This document shows, one piece after another, positions 20,358 to 29,437 of a stretch of DNA of 64,000 nt. Origin of the DNA: an uncultured Trueperaceae bacterium. GTDB lineage: Bacteria; Deinococcota; Deinococci; Deinococcales; Trueperaceae. Below the pieces are notes generated by a model. That model made no database searches. It saw only the letters and a program-made list of their open reading frames with translations, and was not told the DNA's origin. The stretch lies in NCBI GenBank assembly GCA_963727505.1, contig CAVSGP010000002.1, positions 192,001 to 256,000 on the forward strand, given 5' to 3'. The number at the start of each line of letters is the position of its first letter. The first letter of the stretch is position 1. Made by a program: the position numbers and the translations under genes.

Positions 20358-21469
20358 AACGCCTCATCTTCGCTCTCGTCGGCGTGTTGCCGCTGCTCCT
20401 GCCCGCCGCGCACGCATTCGGATTCCAGGACGCCCTGCAGGCCGCGCAGACGCGGCCCGACGCCGTGACCAAGCGGCTCGAGCTCCTCAACGACAGCAAC
20501 GAGCTGGTGCGTGTGCAGGGCGATCCCCTCGCCCTCAAGATGGACCTCGTCAAGGCTCAGCAGGCGGTCGCGCTCGATCGCGCCGAACTCGAGAAGGCCT
20601 ACGACGACGCCCTCGTGACCATCGCCCAGGCCTACACGGGCGTCCTCGAGGCGCGCGAGCAGGCGGCACTTGCGGACAAGGGCGTCGAGGTGAGCAAGGC
20701 GTCGCTCGACATCGCCAAGATCCGCCGCACCAACGGCAGCGGCACCGACCTCGACGTGCAGGACGCCCAGGTGTCGCTCGACAACGCCACCAAGAACACG
20801 CAGACCGCCCACAAGAGCCTGGCGATCGCCGAAGCCAATCTGGAGGGCCTGGTCGGGCAGACCCTCGACCCAGGCGCGCTCGAGCCGATCCCCGATGTCT
20901 TCCTGGTGGACGTGCCGTCGACCGACACCGCCACCCAGGCGCTGCCCCACACGCCGCAGCTGCTGCAGTCCCAGCAGGGCCTGGTGCTGGCCCGGCTCGG
21001 GGTCCAGATGCTCGACCCGAGCTACGCATCGGCGTCGCAGATCGAGTCCGCCAAGACGCAGTTACAGACCACCGAGAAGCTCGTCGCCGAAGCGCAGCGC
21101 GGCCTCCAGATCCAGGCCAGGAACCTGGTGGTGCAGGCCCAGAGCGCAGCCGAGTCCTTCCGCATCGAGCAGGACAACCTGGCCAACGCCAACCAGCGGC
21201 TCGGGTTCGCCTCGGACCGGCTGAACGCCGGCCTGATCCCCAAGATCCAGTTCCAGAAGGCGGAGCTCGACCAGCTCCAGGCCAAGCTCTCTGCGTTGCA
21301 GGCGCGCGACGGCTACGTGGTGGCGCTGCTCCAGCTCCAGGCCGGCACCCAGCTCCAGCTGCAGGGCCCGAGCGTCTACGATTTCGCGGCCACCGTGGGA
21401 CCTCTACCCGGCGATGCCGGCGTTGCACCCAGCGGAGGCGCAGGGAACGGTTCCAGCAATGGGCAGTAG
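20354..21469 (+). CDS. TolC/OMF-like protein lacking beta-strand segments, operon 2
   Basis: Sec signal ending AHA; IAQAY..VLEA, NGSGTDLDV and RLNAGLIPK motifs; no beta-hairpins; GTGA overlap with the upstream gene. Confidence 0.85.
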   Translation: MKRLIFALVGVLPLLLPAAHAFGFQDALQAAQTRPDAVTKRLELLNDSNELVRVQGDPLALKMDLVKAQQAVALDRAELEKAYDDALVTIAQAYTGVLEAREQAALADKGVEVSKASLDIAKIRRTNGSGTDLDVQDAQVSLDNATKNTQTAHKSLAIAEANLEGLVGQTLDPGALEPIPDVFLVDVPSTDTATQALPHTPQLLQSQQGLVLARLGVQMLDPSYASASQIESAKTQLQTTEKLVAEAQRGLQIQARNLVVQAQSAAESFRIEQDNLANANQRLGFASDRLNAGLIPKIQFQKAELDQLQAKLSALQARDGYVVALLQLQAGTQLQLQGPSVYDFAATVGPLPGDAGVAPSGGAGNGSSNGQ

Positions 21470-22754
21470 GCCGGCCCGTCACGCGCTCACGGCCCTGCTG
21501 CTGACGCTGGTGCTGGTCCCGCTGACGGCGTGCGGTGGCCGCAAGGCGAGCGACCAGAGCGGGACCCAGCCGGCCGCCGGAACGACCGCCACGCAGACGG
21601 CGGCCGGATCGGCGGGGGCCGCCAGCGACGTGCGCAAGGTACGCGTCGTCCAGCCCCGTCAGGGTCAGCTCACAGCGCAGCGCAGCGCCTCGGTGACCAT
21701 CGACCCGGCCCGCTCGTCGATGGTCGCGGCCGGCACCTCCGGACAAGTGGCGAGCGTGCTCCACCGTGAAGGCGCCACCGTGAAGGCGGGCGAGACGGTC
21801 GTGCAGCTCGACACCACCTCGCTGCAGCTCCAGGTCCAGAACGCCCAGACGGCCCTGGAGAGCGCGAAGGTCAACCTCTCCAAGGCCCAGCAGTCGGCCA
21901 GAGACGGCCTGGCGCAGACCCAGGCCGCGCTCGACGCCGCCCAGCAGAACCTGTCGCTGGCCCAGAGGCAGGTCGACAACGGCAAGAACCTCTACGCCGC
22001 CGGCGGCATCTCCGCCACCGACCTGCAGAGCCTGCAGGCGCAGCTCGCCCAGGCCCAGTCGAGCTACCAGCAGGCCAGGGACGCGGTCGACCAGGCGCAG
22101 CGCGCCGAGACCGAGGACCTCCAGCTCCAGCGGTTGCAGGTGCAGCAGGCCCAGACCCAGCTCGACCAGGCGCGGCACACCCTGGCCGAGGCCACCATCA
22201 CCGCGCCGTTCGACGGCCAGATCGCCGACATGCGGGTCTCCGAAGGCGAGTTCGTGGCGACCGGTAGCCCCGTGTTCCGGCTCGTCTCCGTACGGACCCA
22301 GCTCGCCAAGTTCGATGTACCCCCACAGGACGCGCAGCAGCTCTCCGACAAGGGCGTGGTGTACGTGAGCTACGGTGGCCTCGACTACGCCGCCAAGATC
22401 GTGCGCAGCACCACCGTAACGGGATCGTCGCGGCAAGTGGAGCTTACCGCCAGCGTGTACGCCTCCAAGCACCCCATGCCGATCGGTGCGACCGGCCAGG
22501 TCAACTACCAGGTGACGCTGGCGACCGGTCTGTTGCTCCCGTCCGACGCGCTCAAGACCGACAGCGGCGAGAGCACGGTGCTGGTGGTCAAGGATGGCGT
22601 CGCGACACAGACGAAGGTACAGCTCCAGGCCGAGGTCGGGGGTACCGCCGCGATCCAGGGCCTGCCGGCCGGCAGTCAGGTCGTCTACCCCGTCCCCGGT
22701 GACCTCCTGGCAGGCTCCAAGGTCCAGGTCGTGGGGGGCGCCACGTCGCCATGA
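21459..22754 (+). CDS. RND periplasmic adaptor (MFP) lipoprotein, operon 2
   Basis: Lipobox LTAC; SGQV..V..EGATVKAG, a long coiled-coil hairpin, TITAPFDGQI and LLPSDAL. Confidence 0.92.
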   Translation: MGSRPARHALTALLLTLVLVPLTACGGRKASDQSGTQPAAGTTATQTAAGSAGAASDVRKVRVVQPRQGQLTAQRSASVTIDPARSSMVAAGTSGQVASVLHREGATVKAGETVVQLDTTSLQLQVQNAQTALESAKVNLSKAQQSARDGLAQTQAALDAAQQNLSLAQRQVDNGKNLYAAGGISATDLQSLQAQLAQAQSSYQQARDAVDQAQRAETEDLQLQRLQVQQAQTQLDQARHTLAEATITAPFDGQIADMRVSEGEFVATGSPVFRLVSVRTQLAKFDVPPQDAQQLSDKGVVYVSYGGLDYAAKIVRSTTVTGSSRQVELTASVYASKHPMPIGATGQVNYQVTLATGLLLPSDALKTDSGESTVLVVKDGVATQTKVQLQAEVGGTAAIQGLPAGSQVVYPVPGDLLAGSKVQVVGGATSP

Positions 22755-25700
22755 GACGCCTGGTCCAGTTCTTCGTCAACAACTACGTCCTGACCATCAG
22801 CGTCTTCGGGGCACTGGTGCTGTTCGGCGCCGTGAGCACCCTGAGCCGCGGCATCGAGCTGTTCCCGCCCATCACCGTGCCGGTCATCGCCGTCACCACC
22901 AGCTACAGCGGGGCGGGACCGGAGGAGGTGTCGCGTCAGGTGGCGCAGGCCGAGGAGGGCGCCCTCACCACGCTCCCCGGCATCAGCTCCGTCAGCTCGG
23001 TCAGCTACGAGGGCTACGCCATCGTCATCGCCCAGTTCAACGCCAACGCCGACATCAATCAGGCCGCCATCGACGTGAGCCAGCGTATCTCCCAGATCGG
23101 CAACCAGCTCCCCGACGGCGCCGGCAACCCGACGGTCCAGAAGTTCAACCCCAACGACCAGCCGATCCTCAGCGTGGCGGTCTCAGCGCCCGGTCAGGAC
23201 CTGATGGCCGTACAGAACTACGCCGAGAACACGCTGCAACCCGCCATCGAGAGGGTCAACGGGGTGGCAGACGTGACCGTGGTGGGGCCGGCCAAGGAGC
23301 AGGTGCAGGTCCTGCTCGATCCCAACGCGCTTGCCAACTTCGGCCTGACCCCCCAGCAAGTGTCGAACGCCATCCAGGCGTCGGCGCTCGACGTGCCGGC
23401 CGGCAGCCTGGATTTCGCCAACAGCCGCGTTCTGCTCACGGCGCGCGCCACCCCGACCGATGTCGCGCAGGTGGCGTCGATCCCGGTCGATCCCTCACGC
23501 GGTCTCAGCGTTTCCGATGTCGCCACGGTGCGCGACACCACCGCCAAGCCCACCTCCTACGCGCGCCTCGACGGCGAGCCGGTGGTGCTGCTGCAGGTGC
23601 GCAAGCTGTCGGACAGCAACGCCGTGGCGACCGCCAACGACCTGCGTGCCGCGCTGAAGAAGCTCGACCTGCCGGCCGGCTACAGCACGCAGATCGTGGG
23701 CGATACCACCACCTACGTGGCGTCCAGCGTCTACGACACCCTCCAGGAGATGCTGATCGCAGCGCTCGCCGTCTCCCTGGTCGTGCTGATGTTCGTCGGC
23801 CGGCTCGGCTCGGTGTTCGCCGTGGTACTCGCGATCCCGGTGGCGCTGTCGGGCGCACTGGTGATGTTCTGGCTGTTCAACTACAGCTTCAACATCATCA
23901 CGCTCCTCGCCCTCACCGTCGCCATCGGCCTGGTGGTCGACGACGCCATCGTGGTGGCCGAGAACATCGACCGCTACCGGGAGATGGGGTACGCGCGCCA
24001 CGAGGCGGTGCTCAAGGGCGCCAGCGAAGTCTCAACGGCGGTCCTGGCGGCGACCATGTCGCTGCTGGCGGTGTTCCTGCCGATCTCGTTCCTGCCCGGC
24101 ATCATCGGCCAGTTCTTCGCCCAGTTCGGCATCACCCTGGCGGCCACCGTGGCCTTCAGCTACTTGGAGGCGATGTTCTTCCTGACGGTCCGCCTGGCGC
24201 TGTCGCCAGATCCTTTCCCGCCGTCGTGGCGCGACCTCCCGGCTGCGCTGCGAGCGACGCGCAACGATCTCCGGTGGGGCCTGCACTTCTACCGCAGCGT
24301 CTGGTTCTGGCTCATCGCCCTGGCCGCGGGTGCCGGCCTCGTGCGGGGCCTTGGCGTGCGCTACCTAGCGCTACTGGTGCTTCTGCCGCTGCTGCTGGTG
24401 CTGCTCCGCATGCTCCTGCGCGTTGTGCTCGCGGTGCTCGGGGCGCTCTCGCTCAATCTCTTCCAGGTGGGCGACTTCCTGATCACGCGCACCCGCGACG
24501 CCTACGTGGCGGCGCTGTCGCGCCTGCTCCCGCGATCCTGGATCGTCCTCGTCACGGCCGCGCTGCTGTTCGCCAGCCTGTTCTGGGTGTTCCCGCGCAT
24601 CGGCTTCAACTTCCAGCCGCCGTCGGACACGGGCCAGCTCGTCGTCGACGCCCGTCTACCGGTGGGGACCAGCCTGGCGCGCACCAACCAGGTGGCCACA
24701 CAGATCGAGGCCAACCTGTTGGCCGACCCCATGGTGACGACCGTGCAGACGACGGTCGGCTCCGGCACCCAGGTCGGCGGCGCACTGCCCGAGGACGCCA
24801 GCCTGACCCTGCAGCTCGTCGACAAGAGCCAGCGCAACCGCACCACCAGCGAGCTGGCGGTGGCCGTCCAGGACCGCTTGCGCACGATGTTCGCCAGCCA
24901 CCCGGAGATCCGCATCAGCGTCGGCAGCTCCGACCCCAGCAACGCCCCCACCAACGCCGGCTACGACCTGACGCTGGCGTCGACCAACCTGGACGCGCTG
25001 CGTCAGCACTCCGACCAGGCGGTGGTCGTGCTGCAGAGCGACCCGCAGCTCCGCAACGTCCGCTCCGACGTGTCCTCCAGCTCAACCGAGCGCGTCTTCG
25101 TGGCGGACGCCGCGCAACTGGCGGGCACCGGCCTGACCCGCGCACAGATCTTCCAGGCACTGCGCACCTACAACGTCGGCACCCATGCCGCAACCATGCG
25201 CAAGTCGGGCGTGGAGATCCCCATCCAGGTGATGGCCGATCCCCGCAATCTCGTGAACGAGCAGACCATCCTCAGCCTGCCGCTGTACGCGCCCGGCCTG
25301 CAGACCACCGTCACGCTGGGCGACCTCGGTCACTTCGAGACCCGCCTCGCCCCCGCTGTGATCCGCCGCACCAACCAGTCCTACAGCTCCGACGTGACCG
25401 CTGACCTGGCGCCGGGCGTGACCCAGTCCGAGGCGAAGCAGCAGGCGCACCAGCTGTTGGTGGCTGCCGGGGTGCTCGACGCGCAAGTGGTGCAGACCAC
25501 CAGCGGGAACCTCGACCTGCTGGGCGACCTGCTCAAGTACGGTCCGATCGCGTTCGCACTGGCGCTGCTGCTGAACTACCTGGCCATCGGTAGCCAGTTC
25601 AACTCCTTCAAGTATCCGCTCTACCTGTTGCTGACGGTCCCGCTGGCGCTGGTCGGAGCGATCTGGCTGTTCTACTTCACCGGCAACTCGCTCGACGTGA

Positions 25701-26269
25701 TCAGCATCCTGGGGGTGGTGATGCTGGTGGGTCTGGTCACCAAGAACGCCATCCTGCTCCTGGACGTGACCATGCGGCGGGCCTCCGAAGGGGACGACCT
25801 CTACGCCGCTCTGGTGGAGGCCGGGCGTGTGCGCTTCCGGCCCATCGTGATGACCACCCTCACCGTCGTGGTCATCAGCATCCCGTTGATGGTCGGCGCC
25901 TCGCAGGGAGCGGAGTTCCGCTTCCCGCTGGGTCTGGTCATCGTGGGGGGCGTGCTCAGCTCGGCGCTGCTGACCTTCTTCGTCGTGCCTGCCGCCTTCT
26001 ACCAGTTCGAGCGCAAGCGCTACGAGCGACTGGGGGCGGCGGCCGTCCCGCGTGGCGGCGCGGCCCCGGACGCCTCACCCAGCGGCGGCGGCGCGGGTGG
26101 CCCGGTAGAGCGCGGGCAAGACCGCTCCCCCCGGAGCGGTGGACCCGGCCCCTCGCAGCGACGTCCGAGCAGCGCGAGCCCGCACACCGGTAGCCCGAAC
26201 ACCGCCACCGAACGCAGTCGCGCACGCACCGAGCCCGGAAACCCCGACGAGGCGACCGGGGGCCGCTAG
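22751..26269 (+). CDS. RND efflux permease (HAE1/AcrB-like), operon 2
   Basis: YSGAGPEEV, IGLVVDDAIVVAEN, GLVTKNAIL and RFRPIVMTT motifs. Confidence 0.95.
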   Translation: MRRLVQFFVNNYVLTISVFGALVLFGAVSTLSRGIELFPPITVPVIAVTTSYSGAGPEEVSRQVAQAEEGALTTLPGISSVSSVSYEGYAIVIAQFNANADINQAAIDVSQRISQIGNQLPDGAGNPTVQKFNPNDQPILSVAVSAPGQDLMAVQNYAENTLQPAIERVNGVADVTVVGPAKEQVQVLLDPNALANFGLTPQQVSNAIQASALDVPAGSLDFANSRVLLTARATPTDVAQVASIPVDPSRGLSVSDVATVRDTTAKPTSYARLDGEPVVLLQVRKLSDSNAVATANDLRAALKKLDLPAGYSTQIVGDTTTYVASSVYDTLQEMLIAALAVSLVVLMFVGRLGSVFAVVLAIPVALSGALVMFWLFNYSFNIITLLALTVAIGLVVDDAIVVAENIDRYREMGYARHEAVLKGASEVSTAVLAATMSLLAVFLPISFLPGIIGQFFAQFGITLAATVAFSYLEAMFFLTVRLALSPDPFPPSWRDLPAALRATRNDLRWGLHFYRSVWFWLIALAAGAGLVRGLGVRYLALLVLLPLLLVLLRMLLRVVLAVLGALSLNLFQVGDFLITRTRDAYVAALSRLLPRSWIVLVTAALLFASLFWVFPRIGFNFQPPSDTGQLVVDARLPVGTSLARTNQVATQIEANLLADPMVTTVQTTVGSGTQVGGALPEDASLTLQLVDKSQRNRTTSELAVAVQDRLRTMFASHPEIRISVGSSDPSNAPTNAGYDLTLASTNLDALRQHSDQAVVVLQSDPQLRNVRSDVSSSSTERVFVADAAQLAGTGLTRAQIFQALRTYNVGTHAATMRKSGVEIPIQVMADPRNLVNEQTILSLPLYAPGLQTTVTLGDLGHFETRLAPAVIRRTNQSYSSDVTADLAPGVTQSEAKQQAHQLLVAAGVLDAQVVQTTSGNLDLLGDLLKYGPIAFALALLLNYLAIGSQFNSFKYPLYLLLTVPLALVGAIWLFYFTGNSLDVISILGVVMLVGLVTKNAILLLDVTMRRASEGDDLYAALVEAGRVRFRPIVMTTLTVVVISIPLMVGASQGAEFRFPLGLVIVGGVLSSALLTFFVVPAAFYQFERKRYERLGAAAVPRGGAAPDASPSGGGAGGPVERGQDRSPRSGGPGPSQRRPSSASPHTGSPNTATERSRARTEPGNPDEATGGR

Positions 26270-26295
26270 ATGCCAGAGCGTAGGATGGGACCACC

Positions 26296-27117
26296 ATGAC
26301 CGCCAGCACGCCGAACGCGACCATCGCCCTGCTCACGGACTTCGGGCTGCGCGATACCTACGTGGCCATGCTGAAGGCCGTGATCCAGGGCATCGCCCCC
26401 AACGCGGCCGTCATCGACCTCACCCACCAGGTGGCGGCGCACGACGTGCGCGAAGGCGCGTTCGACCTGTTCGTCTCGCACGCCTTCTTCCCGGCCGGTA
26501 CGGTGTTCTGCTGCGTGGTCGACCCTGGCGTCGGCTCGAGCCGGCGCGCGGTGGCGCTGCGCCTGCGACGCGGCAACGGCCACCCCTACCGGTTCGTCGG
26601 GCCCGACAACGGCCTGTTCACGTCCGTCCTCGATGGCGCCACGGTGGAAGCGGCCGCCAGCCTCGACGACCCCGCCTACCAACTCTCATTCGTGAGCAGC
26701 ACCTTCCATGGCCGCGACGTCTTCGCCCCCGCCGCCGCCCACCTGGCGCGCGGCGTGGGCATCGAGGCGCTCGGGGCGGCGGTCGACCCGGACTCCCTGG
26801 TCCGGCTGCCGTGGGACCAACCCAGGCGTTCAGGCGACGGCTGGGAGGCCGACCTCATCCACCGTGACCCCTTCGGCAACCTGATCAGCAACCTGCCGAG
26901 CCAGGCGTTGCAACCCGACCTCTCGCGCTGGCGCGTGTTCCTGGACCGCTTCGAGATCGGTCCCATCCGGCACGCCTTCTCCGACGTGCCGGTGGGCCGC
27001 CCGCTCGCCTTCGTCGGCAGCAGCGGCCTGCTCGAGATCGCGGTGCGCGACGGCCGGGCCGCAGACGTGCTCAGTGTGAGCAAGAGCAGCGTGGTGCGGG
27101 TGCGACCCGCCACCTGA
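26296..27117 (+). CDS. SAM hydroxide adenosyltransferase (DUF62, halogenase superfamily)
   Basis: LLTDFG, VVDPGVGSSRR, GPDNG, STFHGRDVFAP and DPFGNL motifs; the Asp-Arg-His triad of the hydrolase type is present. Confidence 0.9.
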   Translation: MTASTPNATIALLTDFGLRDTYVAMLKAVIQGIAPNAAVIDLTHQVAAHDVREGAFDLFVSHAFFPAGTVFCCVVDPGVGSSRRAVALRLRRGNGHPYRFVGPDNGLFTSVLDGATVEAAASLDDPAYQLSFVSSTFHGRDVFAPAAAHLARGVGIEALGAAVDPDSLVRLPWDQPRRSGDGWEADLIHRDPFGNLISNLPSQALQPDLSRWRVFLDRFEIGPIRHAFSDVPVGRPLAFVGSSGLLEIAVRDGRAADVLSVSKSSVVRVRPAT

Positions 27118-27136
27118 ACACCGCCCGGCACACACC

Positions 27137-28189
27137 TCAGGCCACCGTCACCTCGTCGGACAGGTAGACGTCCTGGATGAGGTGGAGCAGCTCCACGCCC
27201 TCCTCGAAGGGGCGCTGGAAGGCCTTGCGCCCGCTGATCAGGCCGCTGCCACCACCGCGCTTGTTCACGACCGCGGTGGTGACGGCCTCGGCGAAATCGT
27301 TCGCGCCCGAGGCGCCTCCGGAGTTGATGAGCCCCACGCGGCCCATGTAGCCGTTCGCGACCTGCCAGCGGACCCATTCGATGGGGTGATCGGGCACCAG
27401 CTCGCCGTACATGCGCGGGTCGCTTCGGCCGAACCCGATGGCCGTGAAGCCTCCGTTGACCGTCGGGAGCTTCTGCTTGACGATGTCGGCCTGGATGGTC
27501 ACGCCGAGGTGGTTGGCCTGGGCGGTGAGGTCGGCGGCGGTGTGGTAGTCGGTGCCGTCCTTCTTGAAGCCCTCGTTGCGCGTGTAGCACCACAGGATGG
27601 TGGCCATGCCGAGCTCGTGCGCGTGCGCGAAGGCCTCGGCGATCTCGATGAGCTGCCGGTCGGACTCGTCGCTGCCGAAGTAGATGGTGGCGCCGACCGC
27701 CACGGCCCCCATGTTCCAGGCCTCCTCGACGGTCCCGAAGAGGATCTGGTCGTAGGTCTGTGGGTAGGTCATGAGCTCGTTGTGGTTGAGCTTCACGATG
27801 AAGGGGATGCGGTGCGCGTAGCGCCGAGCCACCGCACCCAGCACGCCGAAGGTCGAAGCCACGGCGTTGCAGCCACCTTGGATCGCCAGCTCCACGATCA
27901 TGCGGGGGTCGAAGTAGTCGGGGTTGGGCGCGAAGGAGGCGCCCGCGGTGTGCTCGATGCCTTGATCCACCGGCAGGATCGAGAGGTACCCGGTCCCCCC
28001 CAGGCGGCCGTGGCCGTAGAGCTGCTGCAGGCTGCGCAGCGTCTGCGGGTTGCGATCGGTGTCGAGGAAGGCGCGCTCGATGAAGTCCGGTCCCGGCAAC
28101 GTGAGCCGCTCCTTGGCGATCCCCGTTGCGCGGTAGTTGAGCAGCGCTTCGGCCTGGTCACCGAGGTGTTCTAGGTAGGTCTGGGCCAT
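27137..28189 (-). CDS. fbaB: Class I fructose-bisphosphate aldolase (DhnA type)
   Basis: [29 protein letters not shown] and [10 protein letters not shown] motifs. Confidence 0.95.
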   Translation of the reverse strand: MAQTYLEHLGDQAEALLNYRATGIAKERLTLPGPDFIERAFLDTDRNPQTLRSLQQLYGHGRLGGTGYLSILPVDQGIEHTAGASFAPNPDYFDPRMIVELAIQGGCNAVASTFGVLGAVARRYAHRIPFIVKLNHNELMTYPQTYDQILFGTVEEAWNMGAVAVGATIYFGSDESDRQLIEIAEAFAHAHELGMATILWCYTRNEGFKKDGTDYHTAADLTAQANHLGVTIQADIVKQKLPTVNGGFTAIGFGRSDPRMYGELVPDHPIEWVRWQVANGYMGRVGLINSGGASGANDFAEAVTTAVVNKRGGGSGLISGRKAFQRPFEEGVELLHLIQDVYLSDEVTVA

Positions 28190-28388
28190 GCTCGGCTCCT
28201 TTCACAACGGCGGCGCGGCGCGCCGCCGGAGCTCGCGTTCCTCGGGTCGCGCCCGCCTCGCTCCTCGTGCGATCCGGGCCCGAGCGCCGGTCGTGCCTCC
28301 AGGGTACGTGACGAGCGCGCCTGCCGCCGTTCGCACGCCTCCCGGCGGACCGGCGCACGCGGAAGGGCGTACCCCTTCACACAAATCA

Positions 28389-28423
28389 CCCGGCGGTCGC
28401 AAGAAACCTCATCGACCGCCGGG
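28389..28423. terminator. 11-bp inverted repeat, possible terminator
   Basis: CCCGGCGGTCG-N13-CGACCGCCGGG, followed on the minus strand by TGATTTGT. Confidence 0.5.
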
Positions 28424-28627
28424 ACTCGTAAGAGGGTTCGTAGGTGCCATCTCAGGCATGCATCTACGATCTCTCCTATGGGAAGCCCATCATAGGCATC
28501 GGCGCCGCACTTGGGAAGGGACAGATGTCCCGTCAGGGAGAGGGATCCTTGGCTCGCGAGGCCGTCCGCCTCCGGCCCGCGACGTACGCCGAACGGCCCG
28601 GCCGCGAGCGCCCGGCCAGAATGGGGC

Positions 28628-28879
28628 ATGTCAGCTCCTACCGCCACCCTCCTCCCCCTGTACGGCCTCACCACCCGCATCGCGCTCGCCGTCGGAGTGC
28701 TCGCCCTCTTCGTGGTCGTCAACCTGATCCTGCAGGCGGTGCTGGCCCGGGCCCTGCGCAATCGATCGGTCCATCCAGGCCTGGTGGTGCTGGTCCCCAA
28801 CCAGACCATCTTCACCAGCGCGGTCGTGGTGACCCCGCCGGCGCCCCCCACGGCGGCCAGGGACGCCGCTCCGACCTGA
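28628..28879 (+). CDS. Small hypothetical membrane protein
   Basis: One TM helix (IALAVGVLALFVVVNLIL), GC3-rich codons, CAGAAT 5 nt before the ATG. Confidence 0.55.
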   Translation: MSAPTATLLPLYGLTTRIALAVGVLALFVVVNLILQAVLARALRNRSVHPGLVVLVPNQTIFTSAVVVTPPAPPTAARDAAPT

Positions 28880-29002
28880 GGGCGCGTGCGTTCGGCGCCC
28901 GGCGGCGCGCCCTGCCAGCGCCGTGCGCTAGCATGACCGCACCCAGCAGGAGATCGGGGAACAGCGGCCGGCTCGCCTGCCGGTCGTGGGAGGGGGAGCA
29001 CG

Positions 29003-29398
29003 GTGGAGACGACCTGGGGAACCTTTCTGTGGGCCGCCGGCGGTGGGCTGGCGGCGGAGGCACTGCGCTGGTGGCGCCTGATCCGCGCCCAGCAGCAGGG
29101 AACGACCCTCAACCTGCCGGTCTACGCCCGCAGCCCGCTCTACTGGGGGCTCACGGTGGTCATCGTGCTGGCGGGCGGCATGCTGGCGGTGGCATACGTG
29201 GCCTCGGGCCAACGGCTGGGGCCCATCCTGGCGATCAACGTCGGTGCCAGCGCGCCGCTCATCATCCAGGGGTTGGCGGCCAGCGCGCCGGATGGCCTTC
29301 GGCCCGCCCCTGCGCCGGCCGGTACACGGCAACACGCGAGCGACGGCACGCCTCCCGTGGGCGCGCCGTCGCTCGTGAACTTCCTGCGGGGGCGGTGA
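29003..29398 (+). CDS. Hypothetical three-TM membrane protein
   Basis: GGGGAG RBS; three hydrophobic segments; GC3-rich codons. Confidence 0.7.
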   Translation: METTWGTFLWAAGGGLAAEALRWWRLIRAQQQGTTLNLPVYARSPLYWGLTVVIVLAGGMLAVAYVASGQRLGPILAINVGASAPLIIQGLAASAPDGLRPAPAPAGTRQHASDGTPPVGAPSLVNFLRGR

Positions 29399-29437
29399 GC
29401 CAGCGGACCGCGCCGCCTCACCGCCCCCTGCGTTCGC

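Noticed and set aside
26296..27117. Fluorinase or chlorinase
   Set aside because: It has the DPGVG/R/TFHGRD Asp-Arg-His signature of DUF62 SAM hydrolases, not the halogenase halide-site motifs.
28438..28470. Fluoride or glycine riboswitch
   Set aside because: Only short fragments match (GAUGGCACCUAC, GGAGAGA, CUCAGG); the required upstream elements and their order are missing.
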